Below, piece after piece: positions 52,101 to 64,000 of a DNA stretch of 64,000 bases. A program made the position numbers and the translations under genes. Within the stretch, counting starts at the first letter, position 1. Each line of letters starts with the position of its first letter. Below the pieces are notes generated by a model, which was given only the letters and a program-made list of their open reading frames with translations, was not told where the DNA came from and searched no databases. Source of the DNA: Octopus sinensis (taxonomy: Eukaryota); the NCBI RefSeq assembly GCF_006345805.1, contig NC_043004.1, positions 21,142,001 through 21,206,000 of the forward strand, read 5' to 3'.

Positions 52101-53361
52101 TGCTTAGTATAGATACTGTATTTATCATCTGCATAAAGATGGAAAGCAATGTTGACCATGGTAGAATCTGAACTTTGGAAGCGAGGTGTAAGGCATTTTA
52201 CCTGACATTTTAATGACTTCAATAGGAATAGAGATTTTAGTGGTTTGTTCTTTTGTGGATTGGTGGTGGGGAAGTGGCTGATAGTAGAGGTAGAGTAAGG
52301 TGGCTATAAGGGAAATGACGAGAGGGACTGATAGAAGACAAGAGAAGACTACTGAGTGAAGAGAGGACTGTGTAGAGTGGGAGTAGAGGACTGTGATGGA
52401 GAATGAGGAGAGGGCAGTGGCATAAGTGAAGAGAGGACTGAAGGAGGAGTGAAGAGAGATTTGTGGAAGAAGTGAGTAGATGGGGATGATGAAAGGACTA
52501 GTGGGAATGAATAAATGGACTTGGAATGAGTGAAAAAATGTTAATGTCAATGGGAATGTCCATTTCTTTTGACATAGGCATTTTCTCACTTATGCTTGAA
52601 TGCTGCAATGAGTGTAGTTCACCATAACAGGAATAAAATCAGCAAATAAGATATTCAAAACATTGGTTTACACTTAGAAATTGTATTAATAATGCCTGTT
52701 GCCTAGTTACAGTACAACAGACTGAGACAGCAATAACTGTTGGATCTTGGACTACTTACTGTGTTGTGATGTGATTGGATCCAGCAAATCCTTTGCCAAT
52801 AGTCTGACATATCAACAAACAAAACTGAAACTCCTAGATTCGATAATCTTATTAATTTTAATATCTTTCTGTGATATTTGATAATAAAAAAAAAAGCGAA
52901 AATAGAAAGATGGTACAGTTTTGTTGATCTGGCATAGGTTTTTGTTTCAACTAAACTTCTAACAACCTGAAGCTACAAATATTAATTACTTTTACAGATG
53001 AAATTTCAATGATTTCCTAAACAACAAAGTTTTTCAATCAAAATAAGAATTTCTGTTGCTTTTTTACTTTGATATTGTTCTTTGTTTCTGACAAACAATG
53101 TAGTTTCAACGTTATTTATCCAACTGGTTTTCATTGACTATAAACCTATTTTGGATTTTCCTATATTTTTCAATGTATCTTGTACATACATACATACATG
53201 CATGCATAGGAAGGTAAATAGATAGATAGATAGACCGATAGAGAGAGAGATAGGTATAGATATATACATACATATATACATATATATATATATACATCAA
53301 TATACATATATACACATATGCTTACTGTTAATATATCTATCTATCTATCTATATCTATCTA

Positions 53362-53415
<54 letters not shown>

Positions 53416-53659
53416 TATATATATGTGAGTGTGTGTGTGTGTGCATATATACACATATATATACATACACATACATCTATACATATACATGCATACACAC
53501 ACACACACACACACTCACACACAACTACAAATGAAGGTTAGACTGAAACTAATAGAAAAGTGGGCGTAACTTTGTATTAACTGACATAATTCAAACTGCT
53601 CATGTTGATAGAGTAACTCTTCTTCTACTCTCCTGCCTGATCTTCCTTGCAAGAAAATC

Positions 53660-54100
53660 ATAAATTTCAAGCAGAAGCAAAGTGCTATCATTGAGTATTT
53701 GACAAAGGTTTGGCACAGACTGTCTGATATCCACGGAAAGCTTACAAATATGACACTAGCGCTTAAAGTAATGGGCACAGATGTATGAGGAAGTTTGAAG
53801 TAGGGAAAGACAGCGTTGATGACAAATCATACAACGGAAGATAATCAACTGCAAATACAGAGATAAATCACCAGCAAATAACTGAATCAAATCATACAGA
53901 GTGGTGTATCATAATCCCTGATATTGCTACACAATTTGACTGTGGTTACAATTCCTTACAGAAGATGGTGGTAAACTTTGGGCGCTGGAAGATGTGAAAA
54001 GTGAGTACTTCAACAGCTGACATTTGGTTTCAAAAAGAGAATGGTTAAAAACTGTTGTGATCTAATGAGAGTGTTTGGAACTGATGAAAACGCATCTTTT
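53660..54100 (+). mobile_element. Mariner transposase N-terminal remnant
   Basis: KQSAIIEYLTK..LSDIHGKLTN and RKFEVGKDSVDDKSYNGR*STANTE resemble the mariner HTH region. Confidence 0.55.
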
Positions 54101-54124
54101 AATTCCAATCAAGTGATGTGGGCC

Positions 54125-54365
54125 TCATCATCATCATGATCTTCCTTTAATGCCTGTTTTCCATGCTGGCATGGGTTGGATGGTTTGACCAGAGCTGGCA
54201 AGCTGGAGAGCTGCACCAGGTTCCCATCTGATTTGGCTTGGTTTCTACAGCTGGATGCCCTTCTTAACACCAACCCTTTAACAATGTGTGATGGGTGCTT
54301 TTAACATGGCACTGGCAAGAACACACTTATGCGGAACTAGCACAAGTACTTTTTATGTGGCACTG
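54125..54365 (-). mobile_element. RTE-type tail
   Basis: (CAT)n...TTTTCCATGCTGGCATGGGTTGG...CAGCTGGATGCCCTTC. Confidence 0.75.
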
Positions 54366-55033
54366 ACTCAGGACTCTTGCAGGCCAATCCCCTTCATCAG
54401 AAGATGTAGCTTTAACACTTCTACTGTGAAGGACAGTTTTCTTGAGTATAGAAGACCCATCCTATATTTCTTCCAGCCAATGGAACTAATAAATAAATTC
54501 TTCTTGTACTCCTCCTCCTCCTTCTCCTCATCCTTCTTCTTCTTCTTCTTCTTCTTCTTCTTCTTCTTCTTCTTCTTCTTCTTCTTCTTCTTCTTCCTTG
54601 CACCTTTCTCTCTCTCTCAGTTTAGGCTTTGTTTAAATGTGGATATAGATATATTGTCAGGTTAAAGTGTTGGATATATTTGCTGCAACCCTTACATTGG
54701 ACATTCATTGTAATGGATTAATAATATATGTGGCTACTCCACTTGTTAGAAAAGGCTGTAATTTAGCTACTATTTCTATCATGCTGAATCACTGCATTGA
54801 GTTCCCCAGGTGGATGTCTCATTCAATTTCAGCAGAGCTTACAATGACAAAATAAATGATTACACAAATAAACTCCTATATACATACAATTTATACATTT
54901 ACACAAATAAACAGTCATATTTACATATACAGGATTAGATATTTATTAAATTAGATATGTTTTAGAAGTATTTCTAGCTCATTATTTCTTAAAATACTAC
55001 CAGACTTAAGAATTGTCTACATGTAAAATAAGA

Positions 55034-55189
55034 ACAAGATATTTCACCAACTAAATTATATTGCATAAAAATATTGTATAAAAATAATTTCATATATAAA
55101 TTATAATTTATATATGATAGCATATTTTTGAAAGGAGCAGAAATTAAAACATTTTTATACAATATAATTTAGTTGGTGAAATATCTTGT
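55034..55189. repeat. Small foldback element: 39-bp inverted arms enclosing a perfect 28-bp palindrome
   Basis: Arms 55034-55072 and 55151-55189; TCATATATAAATTA|TAATTTATATATGA at 55090-55117. Confidence 0.85.
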
Positions 55190-56477
55190 ATAATTATACT
55201 TTGTTTGTATTTTTTGTGAGTTAAATTGGATTATATACATATATATATATCCAAGTATTAGCAAAATGACAAAACATTTAAGTATTATTTATGCTTTGGT
55301 CCATGTGTCTTGTGTGTAGAGATATCTATTCTCTAATGAGTATATTGCACCTTTTCTCTGTGTCTCATTGTCTTCCTTCATGCTGAAACTACCTTAAACT
55401 GGTTTGAGGATTTTCTAAATTTCTGTCTGTCTGTCCAAATGTGCTTTCCAGCTGTTGGTGCTCCTCTTACAATATTGAATACAGTATATTCAACAGTGTA
55501 TAGCCAACATTCTTCCTGTCTTTATATCTTTACATTTTAAAACGACCTGACAATTATTACTTTTCAAAATTCATTTTGGAAAGAGTGTGGGTAGAGAAAG
55601 GAATTGAGAATAAGGGATAGATAGGGATGGTCATTAAATAATGAACTTAAGGTGTTTGAATTTATCTGAGACAAAAGGTAAGGGAGAAGTAAACTTATTA
55701 ATACAACAAAAATTAATGATTCCTTTTTGGGATCATTAGTAAAAATAACTCAAAATAATATTTTACTCAGGGTAAGAATTATTATAGAGCTCCCTTTATG
55801 AAACAACAGCATATCTGTTATTGACAAGTTTAAAAGTATTTGCAATAAGCATAACTATGGGTATTAATGACCTGTAAGGGTACTATATTTCTATATACTA
55901 CAAAGTATATTAAACGCTTTTATAAGTCAATACAGCGTTCTGCTGTGTTAGCAGTGCTATTACACCACTTGTTATGGAAATTGTAGCCAGCACTGATTTT
56001 GTTACATTTCATATCTGAGATGCCTGATGTAAATAACAATGAGATCAAATATGAAAAATGGGTATATATGCTATATGCCAGGAGCTTTTTTTCTTTTTCA
56101 TCAAGCTCAACCATTAATCATTCATGAACTCGTTGCTTAAATAGACAGTAAATATAGCAGTGTAACATTAATGCATTTACCAATTTTACATATTAAGCCA
56201 GTCCTGGAAGCTGATATGTAAATATTAATGATCTGTAACAAAATCAGTGGTGGCTATAGTTTAGTGTCTATTTAAGCAATACGTTCGTGGATGATTAATG
56301 GGTTGAATGGGTGCTGATGAAGGAGCAAATACTCCTGAAATATGTCATATATTCCCATTACCCACTTTTCATCTTTGAACTCATTGTTGTTTATATCAAA
56401 CGTCTCGGACACAAAACATTGTAAAATCAGTGTTGGCTATAATTTCTATAGAAAATTTGTAGAGATAATCTTAACAT

Positions 56478-56640
56478 AGGAATGGCTGAGTGGTAAGTAG
56501 CTTGCTTATGAAGTAGCTTGCTTATGAACCACATGGTTCCAGGTTCATTCCCACTGTATGACACCTTGGGCAAGTGTCTTCTACTGTAGCCCGAGGCCTG
56601 CCAAAGCCTTGTGAGTGGATTTGGTAGACGAAAACTGAAA
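56478..56640 (+). mobile_element. tRNA-derived SINE head with a 16-bp internal tandem duplication
   Basis: AAGTAGCTTGCTTATG twice; GGTTCATTCCC; CCTTGGGCAAGTGTCTTCTAC. Confidence 0.75.
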
Positions 56641-56696
56641 TCAATTTAACACCAGTGGTCTAACATATTAAAATCTGAAAGTTCAGTAAATTGTAT

Positions 56697-56906
56697 TATA
56701 TACATATGAAGGGATGACCACTATATATATATGAGAGCCATAACCACCATAATCTGTATTTTGTTACTTTTCATTTGACTTGCTTGCTTACATTCTGGTG
56801 TTTGCTAAATTTTTCTTGAGAACATTTCTTAGTGGTAAGACCATAGCGGATCTACTTCTAACATAAGGGTTGCCCACATAGTGGTCATCCCTCTCATATG
56901 TATATA
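56697..56906. repeat. About 28-bp inverted repeat element flanked by TA repeats
   Basis: TATACATATGAAGGGATGACCACTAT versus ATAGTGGTCATCCCTCTCATATGTATA. Confidence 0.75.
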
Positions 56907-56951
56907 TATATACATATATATATATATTGCTTATGTAGTGGTAACACCACA

Positions 56952-57365
56952 TGTCCTATTAACAACCACTGCAACATGGAAACGGTCATGTATGAGGTAG
57001 AGGTAACATCAGAAGGCCCAAATGGGCAGTCAAGCGTGTGAAAGTATGTAGTATGTGACAGAAGAAGAAGGTCCCTTCAGAACAAGATTCAATAACCATA
57101 ACTCCTCCTTCAGTATTCCCTAGAGACAAAAATGCCACAGACCTGGCCAGGCATGTCTACTTGTTAACGGAAATAACCATGAACTACAACATAAATAGAA
57201 AAATCTAAGTGAAGTGCAAAGAGTATTCTAATAGTGGTAGAAAAAGTACATTATATTTAACTGAGGAAAATAAAAATATATCAAAAAAATTTTAGCATCT
57301 GGACATCTACCTAAACTGCAGAAGTGAGTTTTAGCCCTGTTCACATGAAGAAAGAATGTATATTT
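56952..57365 (+). mobile_element. Penelope-like GIY-YIG endonuclease remnant
   Basis: CPINNHCNMETVMYEVEV (cf. CPL.G.C....VIY), EGPFRTRFNNHNSSF (57067-57111), NATDLARHVY, YNINRKI, LNCRSE. Confidence 0.75.
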
Positions 57366-57699
57366 TTTTCATATCTACGGGATGCATCACGATCATAATC
57401 ACTATGTTCTCTACCTCTGATCTACCTACTGTCATATCCTGAGAACCCAGCAAAGAATTTAGCCGATGAATACAAAAATGAATGCACAGATAAATAAACA
57501 TCAAAATAAAGGTCTAAGTGTTTAGACATCCTGCCAACACACCCCAAAAGTCATTCACATATAAAACCCATACACACATTCCAACCCTACACAAACAATT
57601 CTATCTATCTATATTTATGTATGTGTGTGTGCATGCACATGTGCATTTGTATTTATATATATACATATACTTCTTATATACTCTCTGTGTGTATATGTG

Positions 57700-57730
<31 letters not shown>

Positions 57731-58065
57731 GTAAAAGTAAAAAAATACACAAACTGGGACAAGAACGTGAAACATTTAGAAGACGACAAAAAACACGGAC
57801 GGGACTTTCAAAGCTCTCAGTCATCAGTCAAGAACCAGATCATCTTCGCAATTTCGGCTGATTATGGTTCGCCATGATAGATCACTAGCCCCTAAACCTT
57901 TTTCTAATTTCTCTCCCTGTTTATTTCTGTGTTCCTTTCTGTCGAAGAGCATAGGCTCAAAACATAAAAGACTTTCTCACTCCCCGAGCATTAAACTAAT
58001 ACATCTGTTTGTTGTTTACACACCTGTCTTCCTCTTTTGTTTTTTGTTTTCTGTAAATTCTCACG
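57731..58065. mobile_element. TA-flanked repeat with decayed hammerhead-like words (PLE pseudo-LTR-like)
   Basis: CTTT-CTGTCGA-A-GAGC-ATAG-GCTC-AAAAC-ATA-AAAG at 57935-57970(+); CTGATGA..GAAA on the minus strand at 57806-57827. Confidence 0.45.
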
Positions 58066-58120
58066 ATATATATATATATATATATATATAGACATGCATA
58101 CATGTATGTATATATATATA

Positions 58121-58417
58121 CTAGCAGTATCGCCCGGTGTTGCTCGGGTTTGTTAGGGAAATAACTATATAAGCATTTTTAGAGAGTTATAGCCAAAAAA
58201 TAGCAAAGAAATGCATTAAAAATGGAAAAAAAATGATGGTAAATTTTTTTTTAAATCGTAGACTCAACGTAGACACGCGCTAATACCCAGAAGGGCTCGA
58301 TATGAATCATGACTAAAAGATACCCGGTTTTGGTTAAACTGCATCGCAAAGTATGGGAGTAGTTCAGAATCTAAATCGTAGGAGACAGACACACAACTTG
58401 ACTTTTATATATAAAGA
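58121..58417 (-). mobile_element. Non-autonomous Helitron, shorter copy
   Basis: Reverse complement of 15280-15675 lacking about 100 bp; TC and CTAG ends with an A/T target. Confidence 0.85.
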
Positions 58418-58683
58418 TATGAGGAATAATAATAGTAACAGAAGAAATTAAAGAATTGTTCATTAATTTTTTTATACATAGGTAAAGAACATTTTCAAAT
58501 GTTCCAAGGAAATGAAATGAACCAGAATGAACCAAATAAAGTAAAATAAAATAGAATATTGGCAATATTTTATTTTTGCTTATTTCCTTTGAAAAGTTTC
58601 TCTACTTGTATGAAAATAAATTAAGAGAGAATTTCTTCATTTCTTTCTATCTAACCCAATTAATTAGAAATCAAATTAAGCTA

Positions 58684-60231
58684 GATGCAATACAGTTTGA
58701 CCTTGCCCTGAGGAGAAGCATTACTGATGCTATTTTCATAGTCAGGCAATTTCAAAAGAAATATTTAGCTAAGAATGAGCTATTATACTTGGTATCTGTT
58801 GATCTAGAGAAAGCCTTTGATAGAGTTTTCCACTGTGTGATATGGTGGGCTCTGAGCAGGCTAGACGTAGACAAGTGACTTGTGAAAACTGTGCAGGCCA
58901 TGTACAGAGATGCTATCAGTAAGGTGAGGGTACAGTGAAGAAATTGGTGTACAGGTAGGTGTACATCTGGGTTCAATCTTCAGTCCCATCCTTTTCCTCA
59001 TTGTCCTTCAGGTACAACAGAGGAATTCAAAACAGGCTGCCCATGGGAACTGCTATGTGCTGATAATCTTTCTCTCATTGCAGATTCTGCATTGGAGCAA
59101 GGAAAAATAATTCTAGGTGTGGTAGTAAAACCTGGAATCTAAGGGCCTTAATATTAACTTAGCAAACACTAATGTTTCAGTAAGCAAGAAAACAGACATG
59201 ACCCTACTCCCTTCAGGTAAATGTCTCTTTTTAATATGTAGGAAAAGTGTAGGCAGGAAGTTCATTCAGTGTACCCAGAGCAAGCTATGTCACACAAGTG
59301 GTGCAATGGAGTAACAGGAAGGTAATCAGAGAAAGTAGTGTTCGTAAGTGGAAGATGCACAAGAACCATAAGAACTACAGATACTTGGATTTTCTCAAAT
59401 ACCTTGAAGGCTCTTCAGAGGCAGAGGATAACGTCTGCTACCTAAGGGACCAAATTAATAGTGGGGGAGGATGTACAGAAAGTGTAATGGCAAGAATAAG
59501 ATTAGGATGTAAAAACTTCAGAGAGCTTTTACCTCTGTTGGCAACCAAAGATTATGATGCATGTATTCGAAAAGCAATTCTGTGTGGTAGTGTCATATGG
59601 GTCCTAAATTCAGAGGATATGTGAAGGCTAGAGAGCAATGTGACTAGCATGCTCAGCTGGGTGTGCAATGTAAGTGTATATGTGCAACAGAGTGCTAGTG
59701 TGTTGATAGAAGAGGAATTAGATGCAGTGTGCAAGACAGAAGACTGCACTGATTTGGTCATGTGGTGCAAGTGGATGTAGATTGCTCCATAAAGAAGTAT
59801 TGATCACTCAAAATGGAGGAAACTCATGGAAGAGAAAGATCCAAGAAGACATAGGATGAAGTACTGAAGAGTGATCTAAGGACAATTAGCGTTATGGAAG
59901 AGATGACAATGGACTAAGATATCTGGTGCCTTGGAGCATTCAAGAAGACCTGTTCTCTACAATAGAACTGTTGATTTCTCTTTCCCTTCTGTAAAAGATT
60001 GGCCAGTGCTGGTGCCACATAAAATCACCCAAGATCGTGCCATGTACAAAGCACCCAGTGCATTCTGTAAAGTGGTTGGTATTAGGAAGAGCATCCAGCT
60101 GTAGAAACCAAGCCAAATCAGACTGGAACCTGGTGCACTTTTCCAGCTTGCCAATCACTTTTCCAGCTTGCCAGCTTGTGAATCAAATTGTCCAACCCAT
60201 GCCAGCATGGAAAATGGACATTAAATGATGA
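58684..60231 (+). mobile_element. RTE-clade LINE, 5'-truncated, degraded RT plus 3' tail
   Basis: QFDLALRRSITDAIFIVRQFQKKYLAK..VDLEKAFDRV, EEFKTGCPWELLCADNL, YLRDQINSGGGCTESVMARI, and the GHVV region, followed by the tail with GATGAT end. Confidence 0.85.
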
Positions 60232-60260
60232 TACATATAAACATACATACATACATACAT

Positions 60261-60292
<32 letters not shown>

Positions 60293-61476
60293 ATTTGGCT
60301 CAAAAGCAAATAGCAAGGCCATGTAGGGGGACATGGAGTTAAGTACAGGGTGGTGTTCATGTAAAGAGTTCAGGCCACTTGAGGTCAAGGGAGGCTTTGA
60401 ACAAAGCGGTCATCGGCTTCTTCCCCATCTCGTCTGGCAGCTTGTTCCACGAATCCGCAACCCGGACGGAGAAAGCTCCTCTCCTTCGATTGAGATGAAA
60501 TCGTCGCAGGTAGAGCTTTTCGGAATGACCCCGCAGCCGACGCTCTGGAGCAGGAGTGAAGAACAGCTCTTTCGAGAGGTTACACTTTCCACTTATGATG
60601 TTGTGGGCGAGAATGAGATCACCACGGCGGCGGCGTTTTTCAAGAGAATAAAGGTCGAGCGTCCTCAGCCTTTCTTCATAGGACAAATTTTTGAGACCAT
60701 GAACCATGCGGGTAGCCAGCTTCTGGACTCTTTCGAGATGCTGTATGTCTTTGAGGAAATAAGGAGAAGAGGCTTGAATCCCGTACTCCAATATGGGTCT
60801 GACCAGCGTGACATAGAGTGGTAGGAATATGGCTGCTGTGAGCATTCCGAATGACCGTCGAATCAAGAACAGAATTCCGCGTGCTTTGTTGGCAGCATGG
60901 ACACACTGGGCCGAAGGCGAAAAGGAGGAATCCACCAACATACCCAGGTCCTTTACCTGATCGGTCCTCTCCAGCAGCAGACGACCCGGCTAGAAATCAA
61001 GTTGAGTTGCAGGAGGAGAGCCAACAGGCAGATGACAGCACTTTGACACGTTCAGACACAGGTCCCATTCGTTAGACCACTTCCAAATTTGGTGGAGGCA
61101 TCAACGAAGATCCTCTATATCACCGTGAGGAGCAACCAGTTTGATATCGTCGGCAAATAGAAGGGTGTGTTGCGTGAGGTCGTCGGGCAAGTCATTTATG
61201 AAGACTAAGAACAATAAGGGCCCAAGCACTGAACCTTGAGGCACGCCACTGCTCGCACTGGAGACGTTGGACCGCGAACCATTAACTTGGACTTGGAAGG
61301 AGCGATCTGAGAGGAAGGCACCAACCCATCGTACAATATCCGGATGGAAACTATATGCTTGAAGCTTGACAAGTAATAGGCGGTGGTTTACCGAGTCAAA
61401 AGCTTTGGCAAAGTCCAATAAAACGATGTCAACAGCATCACTATCATCGAGGATGCGCGTCACCAATTCTTCCATT
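60261..61476 (-). mobile_element. CR1-like LINE, 5'-truncated; RT in one frame with two premature stops; (CTAA)n tail
   Basis: LLDFAKAFDSV..GVPQGSVLGPLLF..LFADDIKL (61101-61476) is in frame with VRPILEYG..LERVQKLATRMV..SYEERL..RRRRGDLI (60357-60941). Stops are TGA 61101-61103 and TAG 60990-60992; the tail is at 60261-60290. Confidence 0.92.
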
Positions 61477-61780
61477 ACATACATACATACATACATAAAC
61501 ACGCACACATACATACACACACACACACATACATATATACATACATACACACATACATACATACACACACACATACATACATACACACACACATACATAC
61601 ACACATACATATACACATACATACACACATACATACACACATACATACACACACACACATACATACATACACACACACATACATACACACACACATACAT
61701 ACACACATACATATACACATACATACACACATACATACACACACAGACACATACATACATACATACACGCACATATATCA
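61477..61780. repeat. (ACAT/ACAC)n compound microsatellite
   Basis: Source of the MYVCVC-type N-terminus of ORF 61101-61907. Confidence 0.95.
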
Positions 61781-62969
61781 TGATCTTCATCATCATATAA
61801 TGTCCATATTCCTTACTGCCATGCATTGGATGGTTAGACTGGATCCAACAAACAAAATTACTGGGTTTAGCTGCAAAGGCTAGTTTAACATGGTTTCTAT
61901 AGCTCAATGTCCTTCCTAATGCCAGTCAACTTACACTTTGTCCTGGAAGCTTTTTCTTTTTTTTTTTTTGATACCAGTAACAGTTGTTTTGTTAAATAAT
62001 TTGCAAGTCAACTCCCCTTGATGGAGTGGGCCCATAGTATTGAGAGAGGTGGCTTCATTTCAGGTGGTGATAGATAAAAATATGCTTGAGGGACAGGTAT
62101 GTGTATATTACTGTAGAGATGATACATGCCTACGCATATCATATAAGAGAGTGTGGGAGTTGCTGAAAGGAAAACAAAGGTGGTGGTGACAACATTTCAC
62201 AGAATATCTTGATGGATTAGAAGATGAGTATAAGACAAAATATGGACAGAGAATTGGTAAGTGGGCAGGTAAGTGTGGAGGTTTATAAGAGTGTGAGAGG
62301 AGAGTAGCAGATAGTTATAGATGAAGTAGAGGTGAGCAATGAAGAAGGGTGAGGATGTGATCGATGGCAAACATCAAGACAGAGGTGAGGTGGAAGATAT
62401 AAGGGTCGTTCAAGAAAGAGAAGTACAGGAAGGATGGAAACTGGCAGAATAAAAAGCCTGCAGAGAGATAAGACAAAAATAAGGTGGTGTGTAGGGTTGG
62501 GAGGTTGAGTAGGAAGGAGAGAAAGAGATAGAGAGAGATGTACGGTGACAGAGATGGAAAATAATAGCATATATGAGAGGGTATTAAAGATTAGGCATGG
62601 CACTCCTAAGATGTAACAAAGAGAAGAGAGAGAGAGATAACTGAAGGTGCAGAATGAGGTGATCCATGGAAAATAGAGTGGGAAGTGATGATGCTGAGAA
62701 TGATAGATGGATTTTAAAAGAAAGTGCTTCCAGTGGGAGGTAGAGGTTACTGGAAATATAGAGAGATTAAATTATACAGATTCTGTTCTCATATGATTGC
62801 AGCAGCAGTATAAAGCCATAGTTGCAAGAATCATAGATGCATGAGTGTTGTGGAGAAAACAGGTACGCATATATATGTATGTGTGTGTGTGTGTGTGTAT
62901 GTATGTGTATATGTATGTATATACATATGTGTCTATATGCATATATGTGTCTATATGCATATATATGTA

Positions 62970-63000
<31 letters not shown>

Positions 63001-63123
63001 GTATATGTGTGTATATACATATGTGTCTATATGCATATATGTGTCTATATGCATATATATGTATACATACATATACAGTTACATACATATAAATAAATAT
63101 ATATATATATGTGTGTGTGTGTG

Positions 63124-63314
63124 TGCTGGTGGCATGTAAAAAGCACCTACTACACTCACGGAGTGGTTGGCATTAGGAAGGGCATCCAGCTGTAGAAACA
63201 CTGCCAGATCAGACTCGAGCCTGGTGCAGCCTCCTGGCTTCCCAGATCCCGGTCGAACTGTCCAACCCATGCTAGCATGGAAAACGGACGTTAAACGATG
63301 ATGGTGATGATGAT
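63124..63314 (+). mobile_element. RTE-type tail
   Basis: AAAAGCACCTACTACACTC..GGAAGGGCATCCAGCTGTAGAAAC..CCATGCTAGCATGGAAAACGGACGTTAAAC(GAT)n. Confidence 0.8.
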
Positions 63315-63901
63315 ATGTATATAATGTAATTTAGATTCAGTTGAATTAGGCACTTAAATTGAGGCACCTCGTTAGGATTAATTTATTGGCACACTCAAGC
63401 AATATTAGTAGAGCATCAAACACTACATATAAATTTTTCCACTCGATCTTCATGCAGTGTGTGCAGATGGCCTGGTCCAACTTAGTGAATAAATCCACTC
63501 TTGTTTGTTCAGACATGTACTTTATATAAAGATACTCTCCAAATACTTCAGAAGTGGAGATTCCAGGGTAGGTGAGTAAAATATAAATATGTAACAAAGA
63601 GGTATAAGTGTCTTCTTTAATCGATCAATGAAAGCATTACATCATTACAAAGAAAACTGTTCCTATCAGAGGATTGCATAAACCTCAAGCAAAAAGAACA
63701 AGTTAGATATTTAAACATATTCATATCATCAATAGAGGATAAATATTTACAATGATTCTGCAGGTAAATTTTTTGGCAAAATGAAGAAAGAACAGTACAT
63801 TGATAGAGGAGACAGAAACTATCATAGGCTACAGTAGGGGGAGAGATGAGGAGAGTAGTGACCCCGTTATCTATACATTGAAGACAATAGGGAGAATGTA
63901 T

Positions 63902-64000
63902 ATTTCTTTACTACCCACAAGGGGTTAAACACAGAGGGGACAAACAAGGACAGACAAAGGGATTAAGTCGATTAAATCGACCCCAGTGCGTAACTGGTAC
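63902..64000 (-). mobile_element. SINE tail, truncated by the window end
   Basis: Reverse complement of 5455-5550. Confidence 0.7.

Noticed and set aside
52125-52589. 154-aa minus-strand ORF
   Set aside because: Low-complexity pyrimidine-rich strand with no recognisable domain; possibly an old LINE remnant, but unsupported.
54421-54603. Poly-Arg / poly-Phe ORFs
   Set aside because: Translations of a (CTT)n microsatellite.
60333-60824. 163-aa + strand ORF
   Set aside because: Antisense to the CR1-like RT.
61477-61907. N-terminal half of the 268-aa ORF 61101-61907
   Set aside because: MYVCVC repeats come from the flanking microsatellite; only 61101-61476 is RT.
62150-62700. L2-like RT remnant on the minus strand
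   Set aside because: Only a frameshifted VTSGVP-like word was found; insufficient evidence.

Overview
AT-rich, microsatellite-dense eukaryotic DNA. The SINE/LINE repertoire looks like an octopus (coleoid cephalopod) genome; this is recall-based, not proven here. I recognise no host protein-coding gene, rRNA, true tRNA gene or CRISPR array, and most listed ORFs are microsatellite or antisense artefacts. The window is a transposon graveyard. Retroelements: Penelope-like (PLE; RT and GIY-YIG remnants), RTE, CR1-like, Tx1/L1-like, HERO-like and R4/Dong-like elements, plus tRNA-derived SINEs. DNA elements: mariner, Tigger/pogo, hAT, Chapaev3-like and Helitron. The most interesting structure is a set of long inverted repeats of different ages. 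(1) A 1.4-kb hairpin (19489-20900) whose loop encodes a PLE GIY-YIG-like C-terminus and whose arms each carry a hammerhead-like motif. (2) An older outward-facing PLE pair (14204-16322). (3) A 1.2-kb (TA)n-centred inverted duplication that splits a SINE (8277-9486). (4) Several small TA-flanked foldback elements. A small element also joins a tRNA-like Pol III head to a minimal hammerhead-like motif (29663-29950). All alignments, translations and mismatch counts were done by eye, so boundaries may be off by several bases.
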